A stretch of DNA of 60,778 nt from a virus (Duplodnaviria; Caudoviricetes): positions 1 to 60,778 of IMG/VR virus record IMGVR_UViG_3300005529_000041. The stretch is one strand, 5' to 3'. Below, one piece after another: positions 1 to 9,052 of this stretch (position 1 is its first letter; each line of letters begins with the position of its first letter). The notes below the pieces were generated by a model, which was not told the origin of the DNA, made no database searches, and worked only from the letters and a program-made list of their open reading frames with translations. A program made the translations under genes and the position numbers.

Positions 1-1
1 A

Positions 2-130
2 ATCAGCGGATGCCACGCGAGCGATGAGGTGCACATGGAAGTGTGCCACGAGGAATGCTTGCTGCTCCGAACCTATCGCGCGGGATACGCTGCGGCAGTC
101 GCAGATTTTCAAAAATCAACGCAATCTTGA
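2..130 (+). CDS. 3' end of a hypothetical protein (truncated by window edge)
   Basis: Open frame ISGCHASDEVHMEVCHEECLLLRTYRAGYAAAVADFQKSTQS* ending TGA 128-130. Confidence 0.3.
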   Translation: MSGCHASDEVHMEVCHEECLLLRTYRAGYAAAVADFQKSTQS

Positions 131-320
131 GGAGCCCGCCGTGACCGGCAGAGACCAGAAACCGGACCGCCCGATAGAGGACTTGCAGGCGGCTGACGAT
201 TTCCGCCGCACGCTGATCCCGCGCGCCGATGAGAACCGGCATGGCGTGAAGATCGGCCAGGACGACCGGACTTCGCCGCACGCTTATGTGATAACAATGG
301 GAATTATATACTTGACCCCC

Positions 321-348
321 TTGACGCGACCGGGGAGTCATGTATATT
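321..348 (+). promoter_or_regulatory. Sigma70-type promoter with a GANTC site in the spacer
   Basis: TTGACG(321-326)-N16-TATATT(343-348), AT-rich upstream; GAGTC at 335-339. Confidence 0.6.
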
Positions 349-423
349 GGGCATTGTCAGGCCGTGATTGGCCCGGCCCCAAAGGATACCGGCTCAGAGA
401 GCGCGGTCGAGATGGAGGACAAA

Positions 424-726
424 ATGACGATGCATCTCACCACCAGCTATATCGGCGATTATCGCGCGGATCGCGCTAAGCTTGCTGCCGAGATGGGCAA
501 TCTCGCCAGCGAATTTGGCCTCGCAGCAATCGGCCGCGAGTATCCGCGGCACATCATCCGCGGCAATGGCTACCGCTATGTGCGCGCCGGTAAATGGTAC
601 GCCGAATTGGCGGACGGTTCGCGCCGCGCGCTCACCGCAAAAGAACGTGCGGCAAAATCTCGGGTCGATATGTCCGCCCTCAGCACCTACGGGTCCGAGC
701 GGTTCGAGGCGCGCGATGTCTCGTGA
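424..726 (+). CDS. Hypothetical protein
   Basis: GGAGG RBS at 414-418 before ATG 424; lies downstream of the promoter. Confidence 0.65.
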   Translation: MTMHLTTSYIGDYRADRAKLAAEMGNLASEFGLAAIGREYPRHIIRGNGYRYVRAGKWYAELADGSRRALTAKERAAKSRVDMSALSTYGSERFEARDVS

Positions 727-1111
727 GCGTGCCCAGATCGACTTGGGTGGCCCCCTCCTGCGCGAGCGGGAGGGGTGCAAACTGACAGAGCGATCCTTGT
801 CCTCGCGCCTCTGCGAGGTCATCGAGCGACTGGGTCGCGTGACCGAGGCGGCGATGCCGAGCCTCACCGACACCGAATGGTCGCTCGTATGCTGGGCCGG
901 CTGGGATGCGCTCAATAGTGAGCGCATTCTATCGCGCGAGCGTCCTCAAGATATCGAGCCGCTGGCATGGCAGGCGATCATCGCCGAAGCGGCAGAGCGA
1001 GAGAGCGAGGTTCCCGGCCTCGCCAAGCGACTGCATGACATGAACCCCGTCGAGCGCGTGGCTGTACTGGAGCGCATCGAGGCATATGGACGCGCGGAGG
1101 CGATGCGATGA
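716..1111 (+). CDS. Hypothetical protein
   Basis: ATG 716 overlaps the upstream gene; helical protein MSRERAQIDLGG... Confidence 0.65.
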   Translation: MSRERAQIDLGGPLLREREGCKLTERSLSSRLCEVIERLGRVTEAAMPSLTDTEWSLVCWAGWDALNSERILSRERPQDIEPLAWQAIIAEAAERESEVPGLAKRLHDMNPVERVAVLERIEAYGRAEAMR

Positions 1112-1401
1112 GCGCTGCGCGCAATCGTTGTTGTTAGCAACGCGTCTTTTCACGGCAAGACGGACGAAGAGAATGAAGCGTTAAACGCAGCCGAGAAGCT
1201 GCTCGGCGACGCAGGGATCGACCCGATGATCCGCGAGGAGAGCGCATGAGTTCACGGACGCGGCTGGGTTGCTGCAACATCTCTATACGAAGCGCTCCTA
1301 TGTTTCGCGAACTGACTGGGCGTGAACTTTGGTTGAACAAACGCGCCTATTCATGACGTAATCGCAGCCAGACTCCATGATATTCCAGCATCGTGAGATG
1401 T

Positions 1402-1456
1402 GAGCACCCCGTTTACACCGAAGATGTCGGGAGTTCGATCCTCTCACCGCCCACCA
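1402..1456 (+). other. attP core: 3' part of tRNA-Val(TAC)
   Basis: GAGCA-CCCCG-TTTACAC-CGAAG-ATGTC-GGGAGTTCGATCCTCTC-ACCGCCC-ACCA: anticodon loop, T-arm, acceptor 3' strand and CCA; no 5' acceptor strand; 58 bp from the integrase stop. Confidence 0.9.
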
Positions 1457-1514
1457 TCTTTTCAATGACTTGCGGCGCGCTTTACGAAGTGCTCCCAGTT
1501 CCAAGAACTAGACG

Positions 1515-2753
1515 CTAGTCAATTTGCGTCTCAGGGTTGATGATCTTGGCGTCCGCAACCGCGTCAGGTGGCGCCGGCAACCCTTGCAGTCTGCGATCTA
1601 TTGCCGCTGCAACCGGCCTGAGCACGTCGACTCCTGGCTTGGCATAGATGCGGCGCGTCACATCCGGGCTGCCATGGGCCGCCAGGCGCGAGATCAAGTC
1701 CATCGGATAGCCTTCCTCCTCCGCCCAGCTGACGGCCGTGTGGCGCAGCGTGTGGGGCGTCACGTCGGTCACAAACCGCTGCTTGCCGGGGCGCGTGGGA
1801 TCTGGCTCGTAGGTTCCCAAGCCAGCGCGTTCCACGGCAGCTGCGAATGCCTTCCTGATGCTCTTGACGGGCTTGCCGTCCCATTCGATGACATGATCCG
1901 TCAGGGCGCCGTTCTTGGCCTCGAGAAGCGCTGCGCGTGCCTCCTCAGTCATGGGCACAAGGGCTCGCCCCTTCCTTGCCCTCTTGCTCAGCGGGTCGAC
2001 CTCCTGGCCCTTCTCAGCCCTGAGATCGATCGTCCAGGCGTAGAAGTCAATCTTCGTCCAAATGAGTTCAAGAATGGCCTCGGTGCGGCCGGCGGTTGTG
2101 AGGGCGATGATCACGTACAACCGCAGATGCGGCGTATTCTGACAGGCTTCCCGCAGGCGCAAGAATTCCTCGACCGTCAGGGGGCGCTTCTTTGGGTCCG
2201 GTTTGCGAGGAATCCAGATGTGTTTCTTGCGGTGGATCAGCTCGCGATCGAAGGCCCAGTTGAGCGCCGATCGAAGCCTAAGCAACTCTGTCCATACGGT
2301 GCCGACGCCGATCTTGAGGACAACCGCCTCTGGATTGCCGTCAGGGCCCTTGCGGGTGATCGTGCGGCCGTTGGCCAGTCTCTCGCGGGCGTAGTCGCGG
2401 CAGACATCATCGGTGATGTCGGCGACCCGCATACCCTCGAAACGCTTCTTGAGGGCTTTCCAGTTGTCATGGAACACGGCGATTAGCTTGCCGTCCTTGG
2501 CGCGGTCGGCGACATACTCTTCCCAGATCATGCCTACTGTCAGCCCGTCGCGGCCCTTCAGCGCTGCGAGGTTGCCAACGAAGCGATCAAGCGCGATTCG
2601 ACCCTCTGTCTCGTTGAAGACACCAAGTCGTCGTCGGTGTGGCCCGTCGCCGTCTTTCCAGACGACGACGGCTTCCGGTTGTCCGATCTTGGGGTTGAAG
2701 AGGGTTCCGAGTCGGTACTTCCCGACCTCATACTTCCGCCATTGTCTTGCCAT
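1515..2753 (-). CDS. int: Tyrosine recombinase (phage integrase)
   Basis: Catalytic motifs TAGR..AIL, HTLRH, H..PDVTRRIY; probable start MARQWRK at 2753; adjacent to attP. Confidence 0.95.
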   Translation of the reverse strand: MARQWRKYEVGKYRLGTLFNPKIGQPEAVVVWKDGDGPHRRRLGVFNETEGRIALDRFVGNLAALKGRDGLTVGMIWEEYVADRAKDGKLIAVFHDNWKALKKRFEGMRVADITDDVCRDYARERLANGRTITRKGPDGNPEAVVLKIGVGTVWTELLRLRSALNWAFDRELIHRKKHIWIPRKPDPKKRPLTVEEFLRLREACQNTPHLRLYVIIALTTAGRTEAILELIWTKIDFYAWTIDLRAEKGQEVDPLSKRARKGRALVPMTEEARAALLEAKNGALTDHVIEWDGKPVKSIRKAFAAAVERAGLGTYEPDPTRPGKQRFVTDVTPHTLRHTAVSWAEEEGYPMDLISRLAAHGSPDVTRRIYAKPGVDVLRPVAAAIDRRLQGLPAPPDAVADAKIINPETQID

Positions 2754-2929
2754 TGCTCGACGACCTCCGCCTTGATGCGCCACAGCTTTCCGCCGATAGT
2801 GAAAGCTGGCAGTCCGCCGGGCTCGCCCGCGACGAACTTGCGGATCAGAGCATAGATGGTTTCCTGGGAGCATTCCCAGTGCTCTGCAAGCCTCTGGACA
2901 GTGTAAGGTCGGCGCTCGAGATCAGCCAT
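2558..2929 (-). CDS. xis: Excisionase (HTH_17/MerR-like)
   Basis: YTVQRLAEHWECSQETIYALIR...LPAFTIGGKLWRI winged HTH directly upstream of int. Confidence 0.8.
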   Translation of the reverse strand: MADLERRPYTVQRLAEHWECSQETIYALIRKFVAGEPGGLPAFTIGGKLWRIKAEVVEQWQDNGGSMRSGSTDSEPSSTPRSDNRKPSSSGKTATGHTDDDLVSSTRQRVESRLIASLATSQR

Positions 2930-2941
2930 CGCATAGCTCCT

Positions 2942-3037
2942 TCATACGCCCGCCCTGACGGCGTAGCCCCAGACCAAACCGAGGCAGAGGCCGGAAGTGA
3001 AAGCCACGGCAAGAGCGGCGAAGATCATGATTCTCAT
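2942..3037 (-). CDS. Small membrane peptide
   Basis: MRIMIFAALAVAFTSGLCLGLVWGYAVRAGV*; ATGA coupling with the upstream gene. Confidence 0.5.
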   Translation of the reverse strand: MRIMIFAALAVAFTSGLCLGLVWGYAVRAGV

Positions 3038-3267
3038 TCGCTCTCTGATCTTCGCAGGTCATCGGCAGTCAACCCCGCAAGCATGAAGGTGCGGACTTTC
3101 TCCTCGACGATAACCACCTTGTCAGCCTCGTGGTAGGGACGGCTTGTATTCCCGACAGTCCTTATCTTGTACGATCCAAACAGGAACTTGTTATCGACTG
3201 CTCTTCGCAAATCCTCGATCTCCTGAACGGTATATGTGCGCCCCCTCCTCTCCACCATCTCGCTCAC
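3034..3267 (-). CDS. Hypothetical protein
   Basis: Coupled ORF (GTGA overlap) in the early-left operon. Confidence 0.6.
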   Translation of the reverse strand: MSEMVERRGRTYTVQEIEDLRRAVDNKFLFGSYKIRTVGNTSRPYHEADKVVIVEEKVRTFMLAGLTADDLRRSESE

Positions 3268-3479
3268 GGCTTTGCCTCCCATCCAGGGACATCCAGATCA
3301 TGCTTTGGGGTGTAGACTTCGCCAGTCGGGCGGGGCCAGTCGTCGATGGTGAGGGGCCTATCGGGCTTGCGCCGCTGGCGGTCGCGCTCGAAGCGCATGC
3401 CCTGCCAGAAGCAGATCGCGCTATTGAGGGCGATGACGAGCGCTAGTAGCCACGCCCATGGCGGCAGAATGATCGTCAT
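3264..3479 (-). CDS. Small membrane protein
   Basis: N-terminal hydrophobic helix; GGAG RBS. Confidence 0.6.
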   Translation of the reverse strand: MTIILPPWAWLLALVIALNSAICFWQGMRFERDRQRRKPDRPLTIDDWPRPTGEVYTPKHDLDVPGWEAKP

Positions 3480-3487
3480 CTCCGCTC

Positions 3488-3715
3488 CTATGACCTCGAC
3501 CCAGCAGGGACGCGAATCTTGATAAGGCGAGCCTTGATCAGCTCTTCGAGCCAGAACGTCTGCTCAATGCGGATTTCTGCCTCTTGGCTTTGCGATCTGC
3601 CGCTAAGAGTTGCGGCAGCGTCTAGCCGCCGTTTTGCTTCTGGCGTCACGCGCAGACTTAACGGCACGCGAGGCCCCGGCTCGCATCCCTTGGCTGGGCG
3701 ACCTCTCTTGCTCAT
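3488..3715 (-). CDS. Arc/TraY-like ribbon-helix-helix DNA-binding protein
   Basis: RGRP + VPLSLRVTPEAKRRLDAAATLSGRSQSQEAEIRI. Confidence 0.8.
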   Translation of the reverse strand: MSKRGRPAKGCEPGPRVPLSLRVTPEAKRRLDAAATLSGRSQSQEAEIRIEQTFWLEELIKARLIKIRVPAGSRS

Positions 3716-4029
3716 CGCCTTCCCCACGATCTCGATCTGCGATAAGCCTTCGGCACTACATGGTTGGCATAGCTGCGCTTGATGTGGGCGCTTTCGCCGT
3801 GATCGTCCCTTGTCTTGAGGGCATGACAGCCCTCGCAGAGGATTTGCAGGTTGTCGTCGTCGTCGGTGCCGCCACGCTCTAACGCGATGATGTGGTCAAC
3901 GTCGTATCTGTCGCCGGGACCGAGCTTGCGCTTGCAGGGGCCCTGGCAGCGCCCGTCAGCCCTGGCGAATATCTTCGCGAAACGCAGGGGCGTGATGGAA
4001 TGGCGGCGGTCGTGGTCGAAGGGGCTCAT
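3712..4029 (-). CDS. HNH endonuclease
   Basis: C..PC...DVDHIIALERGG.DDDDNLQILCEGCH..KT. Confidence 0.92.
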   Translation of the reverse strand: MSPFDHDRRHSITPLRFAKIFARADGRCQGPCKRKLGPGDRYDVDHIIALERGGTDDDDNLQILCEGCHALKTRDDHGESAHIKRSYANHVVPKAYRRSRSWGRR

Positions 4030-4181
4030 GGAAGTTTCTCATTAGGTAGCCTTTGCGGAAGATAAATGCGGACCTCCACATCCCGCGCTTTGACAAGTAC
4101 GTCTAGCTCCTTGCCTTGCGGGAAACCGGGGTGCGGCCGCATGCCAGGAATGGGCGGATTGACTTTGATGGGTCGCGTCAT
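4026..4181 (-). CDS. Hypothetical protein
   Basis: ATGA overlaps at both ends; MTRPIKVNPP... Confidence 0.5.
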   Translation of the reverse strand: MTRPIKVNPPIPGMRPHPGFPQGKELDVLVKARDVEVRIYLPQRLPNEKLP

Positions 4182-4459
4182 GGCCGACCTCCATATGTGA
4201 ATGTCCTCGCCCTTGCTTTTCCCGATCCGAATTCGACGGCTGGCCTTGTCTTCGGAGGCGGAGCATCCGCGTCCACATCGACAAAGCTCTTGTGCAATTT
4301 GGTAGTGCTCTTGTAGCCGTCCCATTTCACGATCCAGCATGAGCCGGTCTTGTTCTCGCCGACCAGAATGCCTTGGCGGCCGTCGCCGCATCTGAAGGTG
4401 GCGGCCTTGCCCTTCTCATTCATGCGGACGCGGGTGCCGGCGAGGGGATGGGAGGTCAT
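4178..4459 (-). CDS. Hypothetical protein (SH3-like)
   Basis: GTRVRM...GILVG...CWIVKWDG; coupled ORF. Confidence 0.55.
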   Translation of the reverse strand: MTSHPLAGTRVRMNEKGKAATFRCGDGRQGILVGENKTGSCWIVKWDGYKSTTKLHKSFVDVDADAPPPKTRPAVEFGSGKARARTFTYGGRP

Positions 4460-4896
4460 CAGAAGTCTCCATCCGCAACCTGCGCGCACGGAACTCCATT
4501 AGCTCGCCAAGTCGCGACAACGCGATCACGATCGTCAAAGGCCATTATGGGTATGAACCCATCTGCCTTAACTGCTGCCAATAGCTCAGCCTTCAGCACA
4601 TCGTCGTTGCGATGATCTCCGGCCCTGCGCATGTAGAGCGAGCCACCAGGAGCGCCGTGACGGTAAAGCCAGTCAACAGTTTCTTCGCGCACTTCGTCGC
4701 TTCGGCCGGAGACATAGACAATCACCGCTCCCGCGTCGGCTAAATGCTGCGCAAGCGTGATAATGTGCGTGATTGGCTTATCGTCAATGCACGCCGCGAA
4801 GAAGGATCGCCAGTCCTTGGGTGTCTTCTGGATATGTGGCAGCCGGTGCGAGCAATCCGCCAGCGTTCCATCGATGTCGAAGATGTAGCAGCGCAT
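4459..4896 (-). CDS. HAD-family phosphatase (T4 PNK 3'-phosphatase-like)
   Basis: FDIDGTLAD, VSGR, K and FDDR motifs. Confidence 0.9.
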   Translation of the reverse strand: MRCYIFDIDGTLADCSHRLPHIQKTPKDWRSFFAACIDDKPITHIITLAQHLADAGAVIVYVSGRSDEVREETVDWLYRHGAPGGSLYMRRAGDHRNDDVLKAELLAAVKADGFIPIMAFDDRDRVVATWRANGVPCAQVADGDF

Positions 4897-4898
4897 GG

Positions 4899-5099
4899 TT
4901 ACTTAATCTCCTCGGCGCGACGTTTGATGGTAGCCGCAAATTCCAATGCGGCAGCCTTATCCATACCGATCCACGCCGTTGGCTTGCCGAACGCGATAAT
5001 GACAGTCTTATCGCGGACGGCGATGCCGATGCGCAGGCCGCCTTCGTCATCATCGCGCAGCTTTCCGCGCGGAAAGTCTCCCGTCCCTCCGAGTTTCAT
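4899..5099 (-). CDS. Hypothetical protein
   Basis: MKLGGTGDFPRGKLRDDDEGGLRIGI...; coupled to the upstream gene. Confidence 0.65.
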   Translation of the reverse strand: MKLGGTGDFPRGKLRDDDEGGLRIGIAVRDKTVIIAFGKPTAWIGMDKAAALEFAATIKRRAEEIK

Positions 5100-5554
5100 G
5101 CCGCCCTCTCTGTAAGCAGCTGCTCGGCGCTGACGCCTAGTGCAGTCTCGATGATGTCTTGGATGGCGTCCCGGATCGGGCCGAACTCCCTTTGCGAGAC
5201 CTGGCTCCAGTTGATGCTCTTTGCTGTGAAGACTTCCACTCCGCCAGCGCTGACGCGAAGAGACGCATAGCCTCTCTTGCGATGACACGCCGCGTGCGTC
5301 GCCTCGATGGCCAGCCGGAATAGAGCCTTGACCGCCTCGCTTGCATCATCAGGATACGCAATGAACTCGACATCGTGGTGTCCCGCCTCTATCAGAAGCC
5401 ATGCTCTTAGGTGTTCTTCGCTGGTCGGCTGGAACGGGTGCCGTTCCGGCCAGTGCATGAAGGCTGCCCGCAGGAGGCCGAACAGTCTCCTATGATCCTG
5501 AAGCGACCGGGGACGCTTCTCGATCTCGCAGCCGCAATGCGGGCAGATGCTCAT
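5096..5554 (-). CDS. DUF1367/NinB-like recombination-associated protein
   Basis: CxxC, RSLQDHRRLFGLL, LRAWLLIEAGH, KSINW motifs. Confidence 0.6.
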   Translation of the reverse strand: MSICPHCGCEIEKRPRSLQDHRRLFGLLRAAFMHWPERHPFQPTSEEHLRAWLLIEAGHHDVEFIAYPDDASEAVKALFRLAIEATHAACHRKRGYASLRVSAGGVEVFTAKSINWSQVSQREFGPIRDAIQDIIETALGVSAEQLLTERAA

Positions 5555-5559
5555 GGCGC

Positions 5560-6108
5560 TCAATCTGGGAGGAACCGCGATCGGATGCCAGTCGTGACGT
5601 GGTTCTTGCGCTTTGGTCCGCTGCTACTCTTCTTGGTGTAGTTGTAGCCCTTGCGTTTGGCGCGGGCGCCGATTGACTGGCTCGGCTGGATAGGCGTTAG
5701 CCGGTATGTGCCGGGCTCAAACTTGCCCCCCCGGTCAAAGGCGACGATCTCGGATCGCAATGCTGGTGTGGTCTGGTAGCGCAGCCACGTCCCGTCCTTC
5801 TGCTTGACGTAGGTCCGACCAGCATGAACGCGCGCTTCGGTGAAGCCCTCGCGGCAGAGTGCGCGTGCCGCTGCGCATGCGCTGGCGCTCTTCAGCGCCC
5901 CCGCTCTCACGTCATCCTTGGTGATCCTGATCTCAATCGGCTTGAGCCCATCGACGACCTTGCCGCCGCCGATCTTCATGCGTCGCGTGATGTTGTCAGA
6001 GACGGCCTTGGATGAGCGGCCGCCCTTCTTGGTGGCTTTCGTCCTGGAAATCTTCTCGTCCAGTTCTTGCAGCTCTGCATAAGACATATGTTCAAGCGCT
6101 TTCTGCAC
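5560..6108 (-). CDS. Hypothetical basic protein
   Basis: Long ORF, GTG start after AGAAAGGA RBS. Confidence 0.7.
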   Translation of the reverse strand: MQKALEHMSYAELQELDEKISRTKATKKGGRSSKAVSDNITRRMKIGGGKVVDGLKPIEIRITKDDVRAGALKSASACAAARALCREGFTEARVHAGRTYVKQKDGTWLRYQTTPALRSEIVAFDRGGKFEPGTYRLTPIQPSQSIGARAKRKGYNYTKKSSSGPKRKNHVTTGIRSRFLPD

Positions 6109-6132
6109 TGGTCTGGTCCTTTCTGTCGTGAG

Positions 6133-6300
6133 TTACTTCACCCGCTCCCGGATCACGAACGGCCGCACCGTCGCCTTCGGTAGGCCGACGAGGATGGCTA
6201 TATCTTCATAGCCGTAGCCGTCCCGCGCCAACTCGCGAATGACGCGAATGCGCTCAAAGGCCGTCAGCTGCTTCGGCTTGCTGTTGGGCTCGGGCATCAT
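6133..6300 (-). CDS. Small HTH protein
   Basis: IRELARDGYGYEDIAILVGLPKATVR; coupled to the upstream gene. Confidence 0.6.
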   Translation of the reverse strand: MMPEPNSKPKQLTAFERIRVIRELARDGYGYEDIAILVGLPKATVRPFVIRERVK

Positions 6301-6755
6301 GGCGTCAGTCCTTTTTCTTCGTAGTATTCAAGCAATCCGTCCTCAATGGACGGCCCATCGTCGGGCTCGCGTGCTCGATCCAGCAGCCTCTTCGGCGGCC
6401 TTGGCGAATTATCCATGACCGTGACGATTGTATTGTCCTGAACTTTCAGCCTCACTCCATCAACGATCACCGCAGATGCGCCAGCCTTTATGGCTTCCCG
6501 CACGTCGTCGCTCAGAAGTCGCTTCTTGATGGACGCAACGTCGATACCCATTGCGCGCTCCAAGAAGCGCAGGATGGCGTGGTCCGATATGCGAGGCTCC
6601 GGCGCTGGGCGAAGACGCTTTTCCAACTCAGCGCGAACGGAGCCGAGACTCGCTCTAGCGTCGGCGAGATTGGTCTCAAGCTGCGCCATCAGAGACTGCA
6701 GGCGCGAGCTTTCGGCCTGGAGTTCTGTTATCGTCGCCGACGACAGGGTGATCAT
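6297..6755 (-). CDS. Hypothetical protein (coiled coil + ISDHAILRFLER domain)
   Basis: Coupled ORF; SDHAxxRxxER motif is reminiscent of RelE/BECR-like folds (weak). Confidence 0.7.
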   Translation of the reverse strand: MITLSSATITELQAESSRLQSLMAQLETNLADARASLGSVRAELEKRLRPAPEPRISDHAILRFLERAMGIDVASIKKRLLSDDVREAIKAGASAVIVDGVRLKVQDNTIVTVMDNSPRPPKRLLDRAREPDDGPSIEDGLLEYYEEKGLTP

Positions 6756-7384
6756 GCGGCCTGCCTCCTGATCTCGTAGCGCTCACTGAGCTGGGCGATC
6801 TTGGCGTCAAGCTCAGTAAGGAAGTCCGCGACGTGCTTCTCCAACTCTGTAATCAGCTTGTCGTCGCGCGGGACGCGCTGGACGAACAGGCTCATGCTCT
6901 CAGGGAGGCGCGGGTCAAAGCTCACGAAGTCGCACCACTTGCGCTCAGTGCAGGCGATCTGCCACTGCATCTGCAGCAGGTATTTGTTGGGGATGGTCTG
7001 CCCCAGCAGAACCTCGATGTGCCCTGACGTGTTCGGGCACTTGAGCTCGACGAGACCATCATCTCCAATCATGCCGTCAGGCGAGGCGCCGCTCATGACA
7101 ATGCGCGGATGCGGGATGAAGCCGACCTCGACAACCTCCGCGTCTTTGTGGAAGGCATAGGCGGCCCTGGCCTGCTCCTCCGTCTCAGTGCCCCAGTTCA
7201 TCGCGGCATTGACGTACTTCTCAGCGGCTACCCCAGTCAGCCTCTCGGCGATCAGCTCGCCCATGTAGGTGGCGCGCGATGCGCCCCAACCCGTTTTGGT
7301 CTTGGCAACCACATCAGCCACGCGCGAAGCCGTGACGCGACCGAGACGCGCAGCGAACCATTCATCTGTGCGCTGGATGCTCAT
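6752..7384 (-). CDS. YqaJ/lambda-type exonuclease
   Basis: QRTDEWFAARLGRVTAS, GASPDG, ELKCP, Y..QMQWQ. Confidence 0.95.
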   Translation of the reverse strand: MSIQRTDEWFAARLGRVTASRVADVVAKTKTGWGASRATYMGELIAERLTGVAAEKYVNAAMNWGTETEEQARAAYAFHKDAEVVEVGFIPHPRIVMSGASPDGMIGDDGLVELKCPNTSGHIEVLLGQTIPNKYLLQMQWQIACTERKWCDFVSFDPRLPESMSLFVQRVPRDDKLITELEKHVADFLTELDAKIAQLSERYEIRRQAA

Positions 7385-8157
7385 GTCCTTGCCTTCTTCT
7401 GTAGGGCGGCGACGGCGCGATCGAATGCGGCGGCTGGCAAGTCCTCCAACTTCGCCACTTTGAAGTAGGCGCAGAACCGGCCGATGTCGGAGTTGGTGTC
7501 GACGATGAGCGAGCGGATCTGGGTGATCTGCTCTTCGCTCACGACAGCAGCGCCAGCCCGCTTGCCGTCATCATCCTCGCCGCGAGACGTGAGGTTGAGT
7601 AGCGCTGCGGCCGTGTAGCGCTTGCCGTAGGCTGTGCTCGAGCCCACAGCCTGGACGGCATTCTTGCTACCGCTGGTGTCGATCGGCAGGTGCATCGTGG
7701 TATCTTCGGAATGCCCGTCGCGATGGCTCAGGATGCCTGTAACGGTGATCTTGTCGGCGTCCCGCCCAGTGCGGAAGCTCAGCGCGAAGCCGTGCTTTGC
7801 GAGGACCGGCTTGATGGCTTCGTTGATGTCTTCCCAGAGCGCGTAGGTCTGAGCCTTGTTGCCCTTGCCGATCTCGATCTTGCCGCGCTCGGCGATCACG
7901 GGAAGTTCTGTCTGCATCTCGGCGAGCGCCGACGTATAGGCAGCCTTGGCGCGCTGTGCCATGACGCGCTCCTGCATTGCCAGCAGGCGTTCCAGCTTGT
8001 CGATGTCGGCCGCCGGATTGAGCGCCACACGCTCGATCACCTGGATCAGAGCGGCGCCCTCTTGCAACGGAGCTGGCGCCTCGGCCTTGAGCTTGGCGAC
8101 GGCCTTGCCCTTCCGAGCATGGACCTCGCCCTCGATCACTTGCGCTGCTTCGCTCAT
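7381..8157 (-). CDS. erf: ERF-family single-strand annealing protein
   Basis: YALWEDI, LSHRDGH, QAVGSSTAYGKRY..AALLNL..RGEDDDG. Confidence 0.92.
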   Translation of the reverse strand: MSEAAQVIEGEVHARKGKAVAKLKAEAPAPLQEGAALIQVIERVALNPAADIDKLERLLAMQERVMAQRAKAAYTSALAEMQTELPVIAERGKIEIGKGNKAQTYALWEDINEAIKPVLAKHGFALSFRTGRDADKITVTGILSHRDGHSEDTTMHLPIDTSGSKNAVQAVGSSTAYGKRYTAAALLNLTSRGEDDDGKRAGAAVVSEEQITQIRSLIVDTNSDIGRFCAYFKVAKLEDLPAAAFDRAVAALQKKART

Positions 8158-8372
8158 CGTCCAACTCCTTCCAACAGCTTGCGCAGAAACTTCGCCGCCT
8201 CATCTGCTCCGCCTCTGTCTGCGATCACCTTGACGTGCTCTCTGATGATGCCCTGACTGCGGAGGATGACGACGGAGTCGCGGAATTTGGTCATGATGGC
8301 ATCATGGGGCGTCTCGCGCTTGCGCGCGGCCCTGATGATGCGGCCCTCGTCAATGGCGATGACGTTGGTCAT
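8154..8372 (-). CDS. Hypothetical protein
   Basis: Coupled ORF MTNVIAIDEG... Confidence 0.6.
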   Translation of the reverse strand: MTNVIAIDEGRIIRAARKRETPHDAIMTKFRDSVVILRSQGIIREHVKVIADRGGADEAAKFLRKLLEGVGR

Positions 8373-8599
8373 GCGGGCCAGCCTTGCAGATACTTGATCC
8401 AGTCGGCCTCCCGCCATACGTCCTCACCGCCAAGGCGCAACCTCACATCGCAGATGTGCGATTGGTTCGCCTCCGCAATGAGCCTGTCTAGGCTCTGTGC
8501 AGCCAGCTCGGTCAAAGATCGGCGCGGAAGGAACCAACCATGCTCGCCTTGGGTTGGTAGTGCGTCCGTCTTCTCAGTTCCGCCGATCAGCTCGCTCAC
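8369..8599 (-). CDS. Hypothetical protein
   Basis: Coupled ORF, GTG start. Confidence 0.6.
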   Translation of the reverse strand: MSELIGGTEKTDALPTQGEHGWFLPRRSLTELAAQSLDRLIAEANQSHICDVRLRLGGEDVWREADWIKYLQGWPA

Positions 8600-8796
8600 G
8601 ACGCCTTCTCCATCTCCAGCCCATGCTTCCTCGCCGCCTCTTCCGTGAGAGGCATCGCCGCATAGTTCGAATTGCTCTCGAATTCCTCCATCATCTCCGC
8701 GTAGGCGATACGCAAAGCGTCCTTTTCATCCTGGGCTTCGACAACCCGCTTGGAGTTGCTGAACCCGCTATCGTAGAAGATGATGAACTTGGGCAT
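8596..8796 (-). CDS. Hypothetical protein
   Basis: GAGGA RBS before MPKFIIFY. Confidence 0.65.
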   Translation of the reverse strand: MPKFIIFYDSGFSNSKRVVEAQDEKDALRIAYAEMMEEFESNSNYAAMPLTEEAARKHGLEMEKAS

Positions 8797-8806
8797 ATGG
8801 ACTTCC

Positions 8807-9052
8807 TCAACTATTGAGAGCCGCAGCAATCTTTACGGCATAGGGGTGCGGCGTTAAATCCGGTGCTCTGGGGCCATATCCTGTCCGGCGACAACCGCCA
8901 CACGGAAGCTTTTCGACATGAATGTAGTCGTAGTTTTTGTGTCGATGATGCGCCACCGTGATCTTATGCCCATCCTCGCTAACTAGGCGATGGGCATAGC
9001 CCGTCTCTTCCAGCCCATGAGATACTGGCACTACTTCTATTTTCCACAGCAT
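8807..9052 (-). CDS. Hypothetical protein
   Basis: ORF track; lower GC than its neighbours. Confidence 0.55.
   Translation of the reverse strand: MLWKIEVVPVSHGLEETGYAHRLVSEDGHKITVAHHRHKNYDYIHVEKLPCGGCRRTGYGPRAPDLTPHPYAVKIAAALNS

Noticed and set aside
1380-1456. Functional tRNA-Val gene
   Set aside because: No 5' acceptor strand (GGGCGGT) or complete D-arm, and the anticodon stem is mispaired; it is an att core
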